From Camelus ferus (lineage: Eukaryota): a stretch of DNA of 64,000 bases. Where the stretch lies: assembly GCF_009834535.1 (NCBI RefSeq), contig NC_045707.1, forward strand, positions 49,974,001-50,038,000. The letters run 5' to 3'. Under the pieces are notes generated by a model. The model made no database searches, was not told the DNA's origin, and was given only the letters and a program-made list of their open reading frames with translations. The translations under genes and the position numbers were made by a program. Of this stretch, positions 1 through 11,072 are shown piece by piece; the first letter of the stretch is position 1, and each line of letters begins with the position of its first letter.

Positions 1-182
1 CTTCTCCACCCAGACTGGTCAAAACAAAACAGAAATCTTAACTGTTTCCCTAGGTCTGTTAGCAATACCAACAACCAAATCAAATAAGCAAAGACTTCAA
101 GGTCATCTTGAGCTCTCATCACCCACCAGATTTGCTGACTGGTCCTCAAATTTGTGTTCAATCTGCCTACTGGCCACTGATG

Positions 183-610
183 CCAGTGAACATAGGAGAG
201 AAAGAACTGCTCTGAGATCTTACCTTCAGTTCCTTTGGGTAAATTCCCAGGAGTGGGAATCAAGCATAGTCAGACTCATAGAAGCAGAGAGTGAGAGTAG
301 AATGGTGGTTACCAGGGTCTAGGGGAAGGGGGAGTTTGGCAGATGTTAGTCAAGGGGTACAAAGTTTCAGTTATGCAAGATGAATAGTTCTGGAGATCTA
401 ATGTGTCGCATGGTGACTACAGGTAACAGTACTGCACTGTACACTTCAGATTTACTAGAAGGGTGCAATCCCAAGTGTCCTCACCACACACACATGCCCA
501 AATGATAGCTGTGTGAGGGAATGGATACGTTAGCTTGTTTTTCCATGATTATTTCATAATGTGGACAATATCAGATAGACTTGTATGCCTCAAATATATA
601 CAAGAAAAAG
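183..610 (+). mobile_element. L1MA-type LINE-1 3' fragment with an inverted 5' piece (intronic)
   Basis: 262-610 matches the L1MA 3'UTR (gagagtagaatggtggttaccaggg...aaggggtacaaagtttcagttatgcaagatgaatagttctggagatct). 183-261 resembles antisense L1 (gaacatagga...ttcctttgggtaaattcccaggagtggga). Confidence 0.75.
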
Positions 611-1724
611 GCGGGCATAAACTTACCTTTTTAAAAAGCAAATTCAAATGTCCATATGAGGAGTTTATTGGGTTTTTTTCAGTATCATTGTCTTATGATT
701 TTAGTGATTTTTTTTCTGAAATATCACTGTCAGTTCTTATAATGACATCTTCATTGCTAAACAGGATTCATTAAAATCAAAAGCAAGCACTATATTTGAA
801 TTGATACGTAGTAGATGCTCAATTATTTGGATTTTGTCTTTTTTGAAGTGCTTATGACACTGCATTAATGAGACCTAATGTCAGTGTGTGCTGTGGTTTA
901 TTTGAGTTAATTACCCGTTAACCTCTTTTCATCCATATGGCAGACTTCTAAGAAGGAAGCTGAATTGTGGGGCTACATGTTTAAGGGTGAAAATACTGGA
1001 AAACTGTGTCTTCTTGGGAAATTTTTCACAGAAGAATCCCAGAGGGTTTTTGTTTTATTTTAAATCTGTTCTTTCCATTGAACTATAGTATATAAATTTA
1101 TTTAAGTTTTAATATTGTCGAGAAAAACACTAACACTTTACAGAAAAATGGCATATACTCAAATATTTATAGCTGTTTAATGGCATTTTATAGAAATTTA
1201 TTTGGGTTTTGTCTTTATTTTTATTTTTTAATGAAGGGCATAGTGGGGTAGATGTGAGTTCATTGTGGCATTCAGCGTATATTTGCTTGGCTTTTTCATA
1301 CTCAGTGACACCCTAATTCCTAGCATGATTAATAGTAACCCTCTGTGCTTGACTTTATTTAATTTATTTGAGTTGTTTTCAAAAATTATGTTTTTTCTTT
1401 CATTTAAAAAAATCAGCTAAAGCTTGTGTATGGTTAATTTTATGTTTGTTTTCTGTTTGATTTTGTTTTCTTAGGGGAAAAAAATCCTATAAAATGGCTA
1501 TTAAATTCTTAGCCAGTGACAATGAGATTTTCATAGTATTACTTTGAATTCTATACCTCTTAATTCTTAGAGTATGTGGTTTTGTTGTTCTGTAGTGTCC
1601 TACTAAAATATTCATTTTTTTTTACAGTGTATTGCAAGTTCCACTGCATTACATGCAAATATGATTCACTCATACCTAGCTGTTTGTGGATTCAGACTCA
1701 TAAATGAACCATTTTTAAATTAAG

Positions 1725-1768
1725 CTAACAACCTACTGATATCTTTCTGTGTTTTCTGATATTTACAG
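1725..1768 (+). promoter_or_regulatory. ATP2B1: Branch point, polypyrimidine tract and 3' splice acceptor of the ATP2B1 last intron
   Basis: CTAAC (1725-1729) and TACTGAT (1734-1740) are branch-like motifs; TCTTTCTGTGTTTTCTG is the pyrimidine tract; CAG at 1766-1768 is in phase 0 with the PMCA1b frame. Confidence 0.9.
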
Positions 1769-2080
1769 ATTCGAGTGGTGAATGCATTTCGTAGTTCTTT
1801 ATATGAAGGGTTAGAAAAACCGGAATCAAGAAGTTCAATTCACAACTTTATGACACATCCTGAGTTTAGGATAGAAGATTCAGAGCCTCATATCCCCCTT
1901 ATTGATGACACTGATGCTGAAGATGATGCTCCTACAAAACGAAACTCCAGTCCTCCACCCTCTCCCAACAAAAATAACAATGCTGTTGACAGCGGGATTT
2001 ACCTTACAATAGAAATGAACAAGTCTGCTACCTCTTCATCCCCAGGAAGCCCACTACATAGTTTGGAAACATCACTCTGA
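1769..2080 (+). CDS. ATP2B1: Terminal coding exon of plasma membrane Ca2+-ATPase 1 (PMCA1, b-splice C-terminus); partial CDS, upstream exons lie before the window
   Basis: After the acceptor TTTACAG (1762-1768) the frame reads [103 protein letters not shown] (TGA 2078-2080). This is the PMCA1b tail: second half of the calmodulin-binding domain, KRNSS PKA site and C-terminal PDZ ligand ETSL. Confidence 0.98.
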   Translation: MRVVNAFRSSLYEGLEKPESRSSIHNFMTHPEFRIEDSEPHIPLIDDTDAEDDAPTKRNSSPPPSPNKNNNAVDSGIYLTIEMNKSATSSSPGSPLHSLETSL

Positions 2081-3230
2081 TTGTAAGCTGAATGTTAACA
2101 CACTAGCTGCATTGTAAAGAAACAAATTGAAACTGGGTCTTTTCACATATTGTGATGGACAAGATAGTATTCTTGTCTTTGGACTTCAACAGAAGACACA
2201 CTTGTACGAATGTAGATTTATTTTTTTAAAAAAAAAAAGCAAAGCTTTCTGCCAGACTGAGGGTGCTTTTTGGGGGGTGGGAGAAATGAACTGACAGATA
2301 AACAGTAACTCAGCGTAAGTTGACCTGTGGATCATCAGTAGAACCTAAGAATGGTCCTGAACAGTGATTAGCGAAGCTTTAGTTGATCTCAATCCTTGAG
2401 GGGAGAGAGGGAGGAGTAAAGCTGGGCAAGCAAGCGAAGAGCCCTGGATCATTGAATTGATGCTTTAATTTCTGCTGTTGGCTGTTAATAATTTGGATTA
2501 TTTATGTTTATAAATGATACAGATCTGTTTACAAGGTTTGTAGATACTTTTTTTGTTCCTGTTCATAGATGGGAAGCTTCCTTATAACTGATGCAGAGAA
2601 AAATTAGTCCTTCAAATACTGCTGTATTTTCAGGAAAAAAAAGGGGTGTTTCTATTGAAACTGTACTAAATTTTTGCCTACAACTTACCTTGTTAAATAC
2701 TGTAGATAAATTGCTAATACTGATAGCCAAATAGATAACACTAATGCTTTGTTTAAAAAAACAACAAAAAAAAAAAACCACAAAACAAAACAAAAAAACA
2801 TGAGCAGTGGTGTTCTAATGAAGTTATGGCATCTGTCCTAATTAGTTTCTTAAATACATTTACTACTTAATGGTTTTGAAACAACTGTTTAATTTTTAAA
2901 ATTTTTGAAAACTTGCTAATAACCTTTGTTCAGAATTTAGTAGATTGTTTAATGCAGGACATCAACTACATAATGAAAGATGCTTGAAATGCTTTTGTTA
3001 TTTCAGGCAAATCAAATTAAATCAAACTATCAAACTACAAGAGAACTTTAGTCCTTTTGTTTTTGTCTAAACATGTTAGCTCAGTGATGTCTTGGTGAAC
3101 TGTGAGTGAACTGTATTGATTTTTCTAATAAATCTTTAGAAACCTTCATACAGCATGAGGGCTGTTGGCATTTTGAAAAAGGTTAATAAGTAGAAGCATA
3201 CATGTTTTCCTTTTGTTTTTGAAACTTGTT

Positions 3231-3300
3231 TGTAAACATAAATAAATATGCCCTTTTATTAAATAAATACATGGCAATGTTTTTTTAAAAGCAAATTTCA
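3231..3300 (+). terminator. ATP2B1: Proximal polyadenylation signal cluster
   Basis: TGTA at 3231, AATAAA 3241-3246, overlapping ATTAAA/AATAAA 3258-3267 and a U-rich tract downstream. A further AATAAA lies at 3127-3132. Confidence 0.6.
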
Positions 3301-4024
3301 GCTTCTTTACTCAGTTCTGCATATCTGGTGCATCAGTCCATTCTCCTTAACCACAATTGGAATAAGTTTCAAGATGGTAACAGCCCCATGAAGTACCCGC
3401 TTTAATTCCTTGGTGGTAATCTAATAGAACCAGATTAAAGAAATCATTGCAATTTTACCATTTGACATATTCTTCGTAGAGTTTAGTTTGCCTAAAGTAG
3501 TCTCACAGTTTAAAAAAAAAATAATGACCACCATTGTCTCTGATACGTTTGTTTTCATTCTTAAGTGGCCAAATAAATTAGGTAAAATGAGATTATATGA
3601 AAAGGTAGGAAAGGTCCTAAAAATACATATGTATATGTAGTAATTAACCATATGCTGGAATGCCCATCTCCAAGCCAGTTGGATTCATTAAATCTTTATT
3701 TCTCTTGTCTACCTTCTCCCCTTTTTATCCCTCTGTCTTTACCTTTTAGGAACTAGCATTGTGTTAGGGCCCAGATTTCACCAGATAAACAATCCTCAGG
3801 CTGACATAAAGTTTACGAGGACTACTACATCTGAGAGTGCTGACCCAGCAAAGAAACATTTAGTTGATGGTGCTTGATATTTTTGGTGGGTGGGGGAAAG
3901 TCTTTTTCTCTCCATCGGTCCTTTGCAGTAATCCTCTGCAAGTCTTAGAAAACATTGGCTCTGTCAGCATTTGTAATTGTACATTATTCATCAGGTATTT
4001 ATAGCAAATCATACTGTAAAAAGA

Positions 4025-4190
4025 GGTAGCATGATATGCTGGAAAGCAAACGAGGCTGGGAGTCAAGACCTGGTTTCTCGTCTTGGTTTTGCCATTAACG
4101 TGCTGCATGACCTTGGGAAAATCATTTACCCTAAATGAGGGTGGTGGACTAGACTATCTTGAAGAACCCTGTCAACTCTAAAAATTTACT
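4025..4190 (+). mobile_element. MIR/MIR3 SINE inside the ATP2B1 3'UTR
   Basis: ggctgggagtcaagacctgg...tgaccttgggaaaatcattt...ggactagactatct...ctctaaaaattt resembles the MIR core and the MIR3 3' end. Confidence 0.7.
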
Positions 4191-4984
4191 CTATCAACTG
4201 GAAAGCCTATAAGGCATAGGGAATAGAGAAAAGGGAAATGTTTTCAGTTTTTTGTTGTTTTTTTTTTGGTTATGCTTAAATATGAATGTAATTAACAAAA
4301 GATTTAGAAGTGCATGTGCTTTGGAGGATTTGTATTGAGCTTTTACAGTATTCATTTTTCAACTCAAGGCAATGGCTTTTTACACCAACTCTAATCCATA
4401 AACAGGTCTTCTGACATCCATGAAGTAGTAGCAGGACATGCTTAGTGTGTATTCTCTCTTTGAGACACTGTAATTTCTACCAGAAATTTCCAGAGCATTA
4501 TGTAAGTAGAAAAAAAATGCAGACAAGCTGTTAAAGATCTTGGATCCCATTATATAGTATGTATAGCTGAAATCAGCATCTGTAATTCAATCACTTCTTC
4601 TCTTTTATCTTCTAACCAAGAAATTGTTTAATTTTGCATCCCAAATGTTTTTAATCTTTGTATATTTTTTAAAAATCCTTTTCTCCTCATCATTGCCTTT
4701 TCTGTGGTTGTAAATAGACTTAACTTGCACTTTGAAGATGAGTTATTCCTTGTCATCTTATAAATATATGATATGGTAATTTTCATAACAGATGTCAGTT
4801 TTGAACCAAGAAATGGTGATTTGTTTATAAGAAAAAAAAAAAACTGGCTTCATTTCTGTGAAACTGCTCTTTGAAAATTTCTTTCTACACGTGTCAGCCA
4901 ACTGAGATACCGTGATGGTGTTGATTTCTTTCAGTGATGCTTACCATCTATTTTAGCCACCGAGCTTTTTATTATTTGTCTATT

Positions 4985-5060
4985 TGTAAAGTTAATTTGT
5001 CTTAACTCATTTAATAAATATACTGTTTATCTGTTTCTGAATGGGGACTGAACTTTTTGA
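4985..5060 (+). terminator. ATP2B1: Distal polyadenylation signal
   Basis: TGTA at 4985, AATAAA 5013-5018, then U/GU-rich downstream sequence. Confidence 0.7.
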
Positions 5061-6519
5061 ATATTTAAATTGATCTGAGCATCGTATTTTGGAATTCCTT
5101 TTTTCTACTTGAAATTTTTAAAGTGTCATGTATGAAAATTCTGTGATGTACTTAGTGTTACGGTTGTGTTACAGTGAATCAGTGTTCTAATGTGCGTGAT
5201 CTTGCTCCTAGGAGGAGAGTGGCTATGTTGTCCTTACTCTCCTGCCCACTGTCTTCAGTCTTTGCAGCACAATAGATAGTTCTGCAGTCCATGGGAGAGG
5301 AATGTTTTGGTTTTAGAAAAGATCAGTCTTTTCACATTAACTGTAAGAGTTTATTTTTTCATTAAATAATCCAAACTTGTCAATAGCAGTTATCTGAACT
5401 TTATGGTAACAAAATTAATCAAATTGCCCTTAGCTGGTTTTTATAATAAATTATGAACATAAATTAGCATGCTTTGTAGAAATACTGAGTAAACTTTAAG
5501 TGATTATGAATACCGTATTTTGGAATTAGTAAAAATTATTCAATTAATGAGTATATATGTAAGTACCATATTTATGACAGGAAAGATGTTTTCCATTTTA
5601 TCAAATTAGATTTTGTATATGTTAAGTATTTAGGATTGAATTTTGAATTAAGTCCCTTTGTAAAATTAATTGAATAAGAAAGGGAAGTTTCTCTAAGTCT
5701 TGTTGACATTTTTCCTTCCCTGTGTCTATTGTCATGTTACAACTGCCTGCTTGCTTTCTGATGCCCAAACCCCATTTCACCTTTATCTTTTTAATTTAGT
5801 GTTACACTCATTTGTAAGCAAACAAACAAAAAAACTTTTGTTAATTATACCACCTAACTAAGAACAATCTTTGAAAGATCCTTGAAAAGTTATCTTCTTT
5901 TTTTTAGAATCAGCTTTATAAAAATACCATAAAGAACGTTTCATGCTGTGAGGGGAGTCATGGTTGTATTCTTGTACTTGTCTAATCCGTACATGTCAAA
6001 AAAGAGAGGATCCTTATAATGTAGTTTCCTTTCAACAGATGGTTACTTTTGTCCTTTAAACCCTCAACTGAGAATTTATATTTATACGCTTTTTGTCTTA
6101 AGAACCACTTCTTTAACATTTTCCCTATTTGTTAGAATAATACTTCACTTACAGGTGACTATACTAAATGTAGGCACGTTTTATCTGTGTTCTCTGAACT
6201 CGAAGTGTCATTATAGAACACTATAATATTAATGTTTCCAAAGTTAAGGAATTAAAGGACGAAATGTACATATGTGCTTAGACAGTATGTCTTTGGCATA
6301 ACTTTATCCTAGCCAGCACCATATCCTAGGAAAACTAGTTTCCAGATCAGTATCTCACAAATCTGGGTGTGGGGGGTTCAGTGCAGTAAGTTCCCTAGGG
6401 TTCACTTAATTAAATCAGTTACAAGGACCACATAATTTCCAAATTACTTTTCAGATAATTAAATATAAACACCAATACTTTCCTTACCTGTTAAAAAGAA
6501 TCTTGTCACAACATAAATT

Positions 6520-6730
6520 CATATATGTGGAGTACCTGATATATGCTAAGCACTTTAGGTGGATTTTTTAAACAATAACCATGTGTACTGCTGCTGCCAT
6601 TTTACATGGGGAGAAACTGAGGCTCAGAGCGTTTAAGTGACTTTCTCTGGGGTCACATGGTGAGCTGCAGTTCACACTTCAGGCAGACCTTCTCAAGAGC
6701 ACGAGCCGGCAGCCATTGGTTTCTACTGCG
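6520..6730 (-). mobile_element. MIR SINE
   Basis: ccattttacatggggagaaactgaggctcagagcgtttaagtgactt is the reverse MIR core. Confidence 0.75.
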
Positions 6731-7406
6731 GTACTAGCATGTTGTTAACCTGAGTCAGGACCTGGTGCCTAAAAGCTTAATTTTTACGTGTTCCTTTGTT
6801 CTTTTCTGATAGCAAACGCTTCAGAGATGATCTTGAAGAACATTCATAACCTTCCTGGAGGATAACTCAAGAGACTGAGGCAAAGAATCACTGATTAAAG
6901 TGTATAATCGCTTTCCTTAAAGTCAGACCTCTAGCTGAAGAGTTAAAGATAAGTTCAGTAGAATGGTGTTTTTAATAGTATACTTTGGTGAAAGGTTTTC
7001 ACTGTTTAGTACTTTTAAGATAGGTATGTGTATTCTACGTTTCATAGTATTAATTTAACAGGTCATTGGTTTATTTCCTAAACAGTTTATAATGAAAATA
7101 AAATTTATCATATTAATGAGATAATAAGCATTTTTTCTTGAAATTTGTGAAGCTGAGGAATAGGGTATTTTACATTTTTTGAAGAACTACTTTGTCCTCC
7201 AGCTGTATTTTCCTTGGTGAAAATTCATAATGCTTTAATATTTAGCCTAAAGGGAGTGACTATTGCACATTAGACTTCAACAATTTTTAAAATAAGAAAA
7301 TTGCAGCCATTATTTCACTACTGTTTTGATACCATTTTGTATTAATGTTGTTTATAGTTTGTGAATAGTCCCAGTCTGTAAAAATGAGATGCTTGCTGAT
7401 TTTTAT

Positions 7407-7462
7407 AATCGTTAAGTAACATTTATCTTAATGAATCGTTAGGTAACATTTATCTTAATGAA
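7407..7462. repeat. 27-bp tandem duplication (2 copies, 1 mismatch)
   Basis: AATCGTTAAGTAACATTTATCTTAATG (7407-7433) and AATCGTTAGGTAACATTTATCTTAATG (7434-7460). Confidence 0.95.
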
Positions 7463-7944
7463 GATAAACTATTTTAAGACTCTTCCTTTTATAAGGCTGC
7501 TTTTGAAATCATAAATATTTGGTCTAAGGCATACCTTAGTGGACAGAAAACAAATGCAAAACTATTAAAATGTGAGCTCAGGGAGACCTGTGTTATCTGA
7601 GGTTAGAAACTTCAATTTAGGATGCTTTTGCTATATCTAAGATTCTATATCTTTATAACCATAAGACTGTTCTTTCAGTTGGCTTTAAATCCTCCAAGAA
7701 GGGTCATCTGTAGTGTCTTAAATCTTTCACATTCTCACTGTTACAGATTTATGGTAGGAAGTAGGTCTCAATACCTGAAGTGTGGTGGGGGAGAGAGTGA
7801 ATTGTAACAGTAAAGCCACACCAAGTTTTCTGAGTCTGGGACTCAACTTCTTAAGAACACTTAAGAACTTCAGAACAACTTCTTAAGAACTTCCTGGTGT
7901 CTGTCCCCTGTCCCCTGCTCTTCAAAATGGTCCAACTGCCAACT

Positions 7945-8505
7945 CCTTTCATTCACTTCATCTGCATCTGGTCTCCATTCATTCATTCTGCAGCTGTTGG
8001 TACCCGTCATGGGAAACTCATACCCTTCTAGACTCGGGAGAACTAAGCAAGACCTTTGGTTTCAAGGAGTTTATGTTGAAGTCAGTGGGAGAGACAGACC
8101 TGTGTCAGGTGGTGGGGACGATGTTATGTTACATGGTGTGGTCAGGGAAGCCATCTCAGATGAGGTGACATTTGAGCAGAGACCCGACGGAAGTGAATTC
8201 TTGGTTGTCTGGGAACTTTCCAAGGAGAGGTTCCAGTAGGTGGTGAGTTTGAGGAGCAGCAAGTGGTGCCTGAGTGGAGTGAACCCATGGGAGAGCGGCA
8301 GGAGACAGGCTGAGAGACGTGATGGGAGGCTCTGCCCCATCTTACAGGTAGAAGCCTTGGCAAGAACTTTGGCTCTCACGCTGAGTGAGATGGGAAGCCA
8401 GTGGAGGGTTCTGAGTGAGCAGCAACATAATGTGACCTTGAGAAGATCGTTAGCTGTTCGGCAGAGAGCGAGAGATGGGAAGTTAGGGAACTAGTTAGGA
8501 AGCAA
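7945..8505 (-). mobile_element. L2 LINE 3' fragment
   Basis: Starts with a cattcattc-type tail; ggtcagggaagccatctcagatgaggtgacatttgagcagagacc and gagtgagatgggaagccagtggagggttctgag are typical antisense L2a/b. Confidence 0.8.
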
Positions 8506-10904
8506 TTGCCTTTTTCAGATGCATTCCATTCCAGATTAGCTTTTTCTGCTGCTTTTGTAAGCCCAAAGCTTTCTTTTAGAAGCTTCGGGTTACTAAAAAG
8601 TCCTGTGGACCCCTTATTTCTTTTATGTGCTTTACCTCTATGCTTTATCCACATAACACAAGCCTGGCATCATTTTTACAGTCAACTCACAGCTAGATAC
8701 TTTCCTTATTTGCTTGAGCCTGTATGCAGTTTCCCACATGAATCACTATACTACGTTTTCACTTGGTTATTCAGCAATGTGTTCTCAGATAGAAGGTGGT
8801 CATTTTTCAGCTGTTCAGTTGCTAATGTAGTAACTGCACCTTCTCCAAACTATTTTTTTTCTTACTCTTTACCTGCTAAGTTTATTCTTTATACTAAGCA
8901 TGAGTGACTGCTGCTCTGTTGATTCCTTCCTCATCCCCCAGCCTTTTCTAGCCTACTAATTTTCCTGTTGGCTACCTCACTCCTGCTCTGTCACTGACTG
9001 AGAAGCAACATGGCTTTGCCTCCTTGGCATTTCAGTACCTTGGTGCCTAATCCTGAACGCCTTCAGCTTCCCCGTGTGCTCACAATCTTGCTGGTGACCC
9101 CTGCTCACACTCATCTCTTGGTTTTCCTCACTGATGCTCAAACCGACCTTTAATTTGTCCCTTACTCTTTGAAGGATCATTCCTCATTGTATTTATTCCA
9201 AACTTCTCATATTTTTCTCAGAGCAAGGATTCAGGGTGTGGTTTGTCTGACTCTAGAGCATACCTCTCACTGTCAACCAAACCTGTACTGTGTTCACGCA
9301 TTTTAGCAGACATCTGCCTGACCTTGTATTTTTATTATGGGTTTTTGGTCCCAAAGAATGGGATTTTACATCTGTCTGTATTAAACTATTATGTTAGTCA
9401 ACTCATATCACTTTGACTCCTAATTCTATCATCTAGTTTGTTCTTAATCCTCAGTTTAATGCTGCTCAAGACAGTGACTAGCTTTCCTTCTACTCCTTTA
9501 TAGAAACCACTGTTTTACAACAAAACTGAAAGACGTAAACAAGACAGGCAGCAACGCTTTGCCTCACTCTTCAAAACCACCACCAGGTTGATGTTAATGC
9601 TCTTTTAATCCAGTCATTGAACCAATCAGGTCAGCTAATTCAATGTTCTGTCGCAAAGTAGGTGTCTTGTTGAAATGCTGTCAACTGTGTTTCCTGTTTT
9701 GCTACAAATATTTCTTGGTTTCAATAACTTCTGTCAGTTTCTTGATTTTCACTGTTATTCCCCTAGTCTACTCCTCCTTTATCTCAAGCCCACACACATA
9801 AGTTTTGACGGTTTTCTCCACATCCCTATCCTCTTTTCTCTCACATCATCAATCAACCTAACACATAATCCAAAATCTTCCTGAATCACCACTTTGCCCA
9901 CATCATCCCTCCTCTCCTCAAAAAATAAGTAAATACCAAATTAAAAACAATAACAACACACGTTAAGTGGCTGTTTATTTGCTCCTTAACAACCCTTTGG
10001 CCTCACGTGGTTTTCACCCGCCCTCTCTCCACTGCTCTGCACACTCTTCCTGTTTCTGTCCCTCTGCTGTGGATTCCCCCTTGAAGGCTCTGTGTTCCTG
10101 GCCCCCTTTGTCCTTTATACCTCCTCAGAGTGCATGTACCACCGACCTCCCCTACCCTCCACAGGACAGACGAGGGAGAAAGACCGAAGGGTGCTTTGTT
10201 TGGAGGAAAATCACTCCTTCAGAAGAGGGTGCTGAGGTCCAAAGATCTCTGAGCTTTAAGGGAGAGGTAGTATGATGTCAGAAGAGGGTTTGCCTAGGAG
10301 TCAGACCCGGGGTCTGGTCCCAACCCTGCCTTGTGCCAACTTTTAATACCTTGAGCCCTCATGTTCCTCCACAGGATTGTGACTATTCCGATTCCTCCCC
10401 TGCCTTGGACGTTCCACTTTAACAATTGTAAAGGGCAGTGCAAGCTGGCACTGTTGACTCAGTAGCAACAGAAACAATCCTGTGAAGAGCTGTTCCTGCT
10501 TCTCCCCATAAATTTGGTTTAAATAGAAAATTGCAGAGTTGAAAATTGTCCTTAAATCCCAGCTGGTTTAGAAACACCCAAGGCTTTGTGAAGAGTACCC
10601 TGGAGAGCCATCTCACTAGAAATAATAGTGTTTGCTTCCGTTTCCTTTTCTTTTTTTCTCTGTGCTTTTAGTCAATATAAACATTTTCCCCTTTAAAAAG
10701 AAGCATCTTGCTTGCCTCTTGCACATCTAGGGGTGGAGCTCAGATGAGTGGGCTAGTGACCCATTCAATTTTTTTTTTTTTACTATGTTATCTCTTAACT
10801 GAACAGCTCTAATGGTTTGGAACCGTTAACCTAATTTTAATCACTTTTTTGATCCTGATCATATATTATCTGTATTTCCATTATGGATCATGGGATAAGT
10901 CCAT

Positions 10905-11072
10905 ATTTCCTAAATTTGGCAGTACATTGGAATCACCCGGGGAGCTTTAAAATGTACTGGTGCCAGGCTCCCACCCCGAGTCATTGCAGTGGAAGGTGTG
11001 GCCTGGGCTTTGGGATTTTTTAAAACTTCCCAGGTAATCATACTATGCAGCCAAAGCTTGAGAACTACTGGG
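10905..11072. mobile_element. MER5A-like hAT-Charlie MITE
   Basis: cattggaatcacccggggagctttaaaa...ttcccaggtaatc...gcagccaaagcttgagaactactg. Confidence 0.75.

Larger units (their letters stand above)
2081..5040 (+). other. ATP2B1: ATP2B1 3'UTR (long form, ~3 kb)
   Basis: AU-rich, largely repeat-free sequence running from the stop codon to AATAAA at 5013-5018. The end point is inferred from the hexamer. Confidence 0.75.

Noticed and set aside
2078..2095. Possible stop-codon readthrough of ATP2B1
   Set aside because: The context is TGA-TTG-TAA, not TGA-CTAG, and an in-frame TAA follows one codon later.
7407..7893. Short direct repeats considered as a CRISPR-like array
   Set aside because: Only 2-3 copies, no unique spacers of regular length, no cas genes, and a mammalian context.
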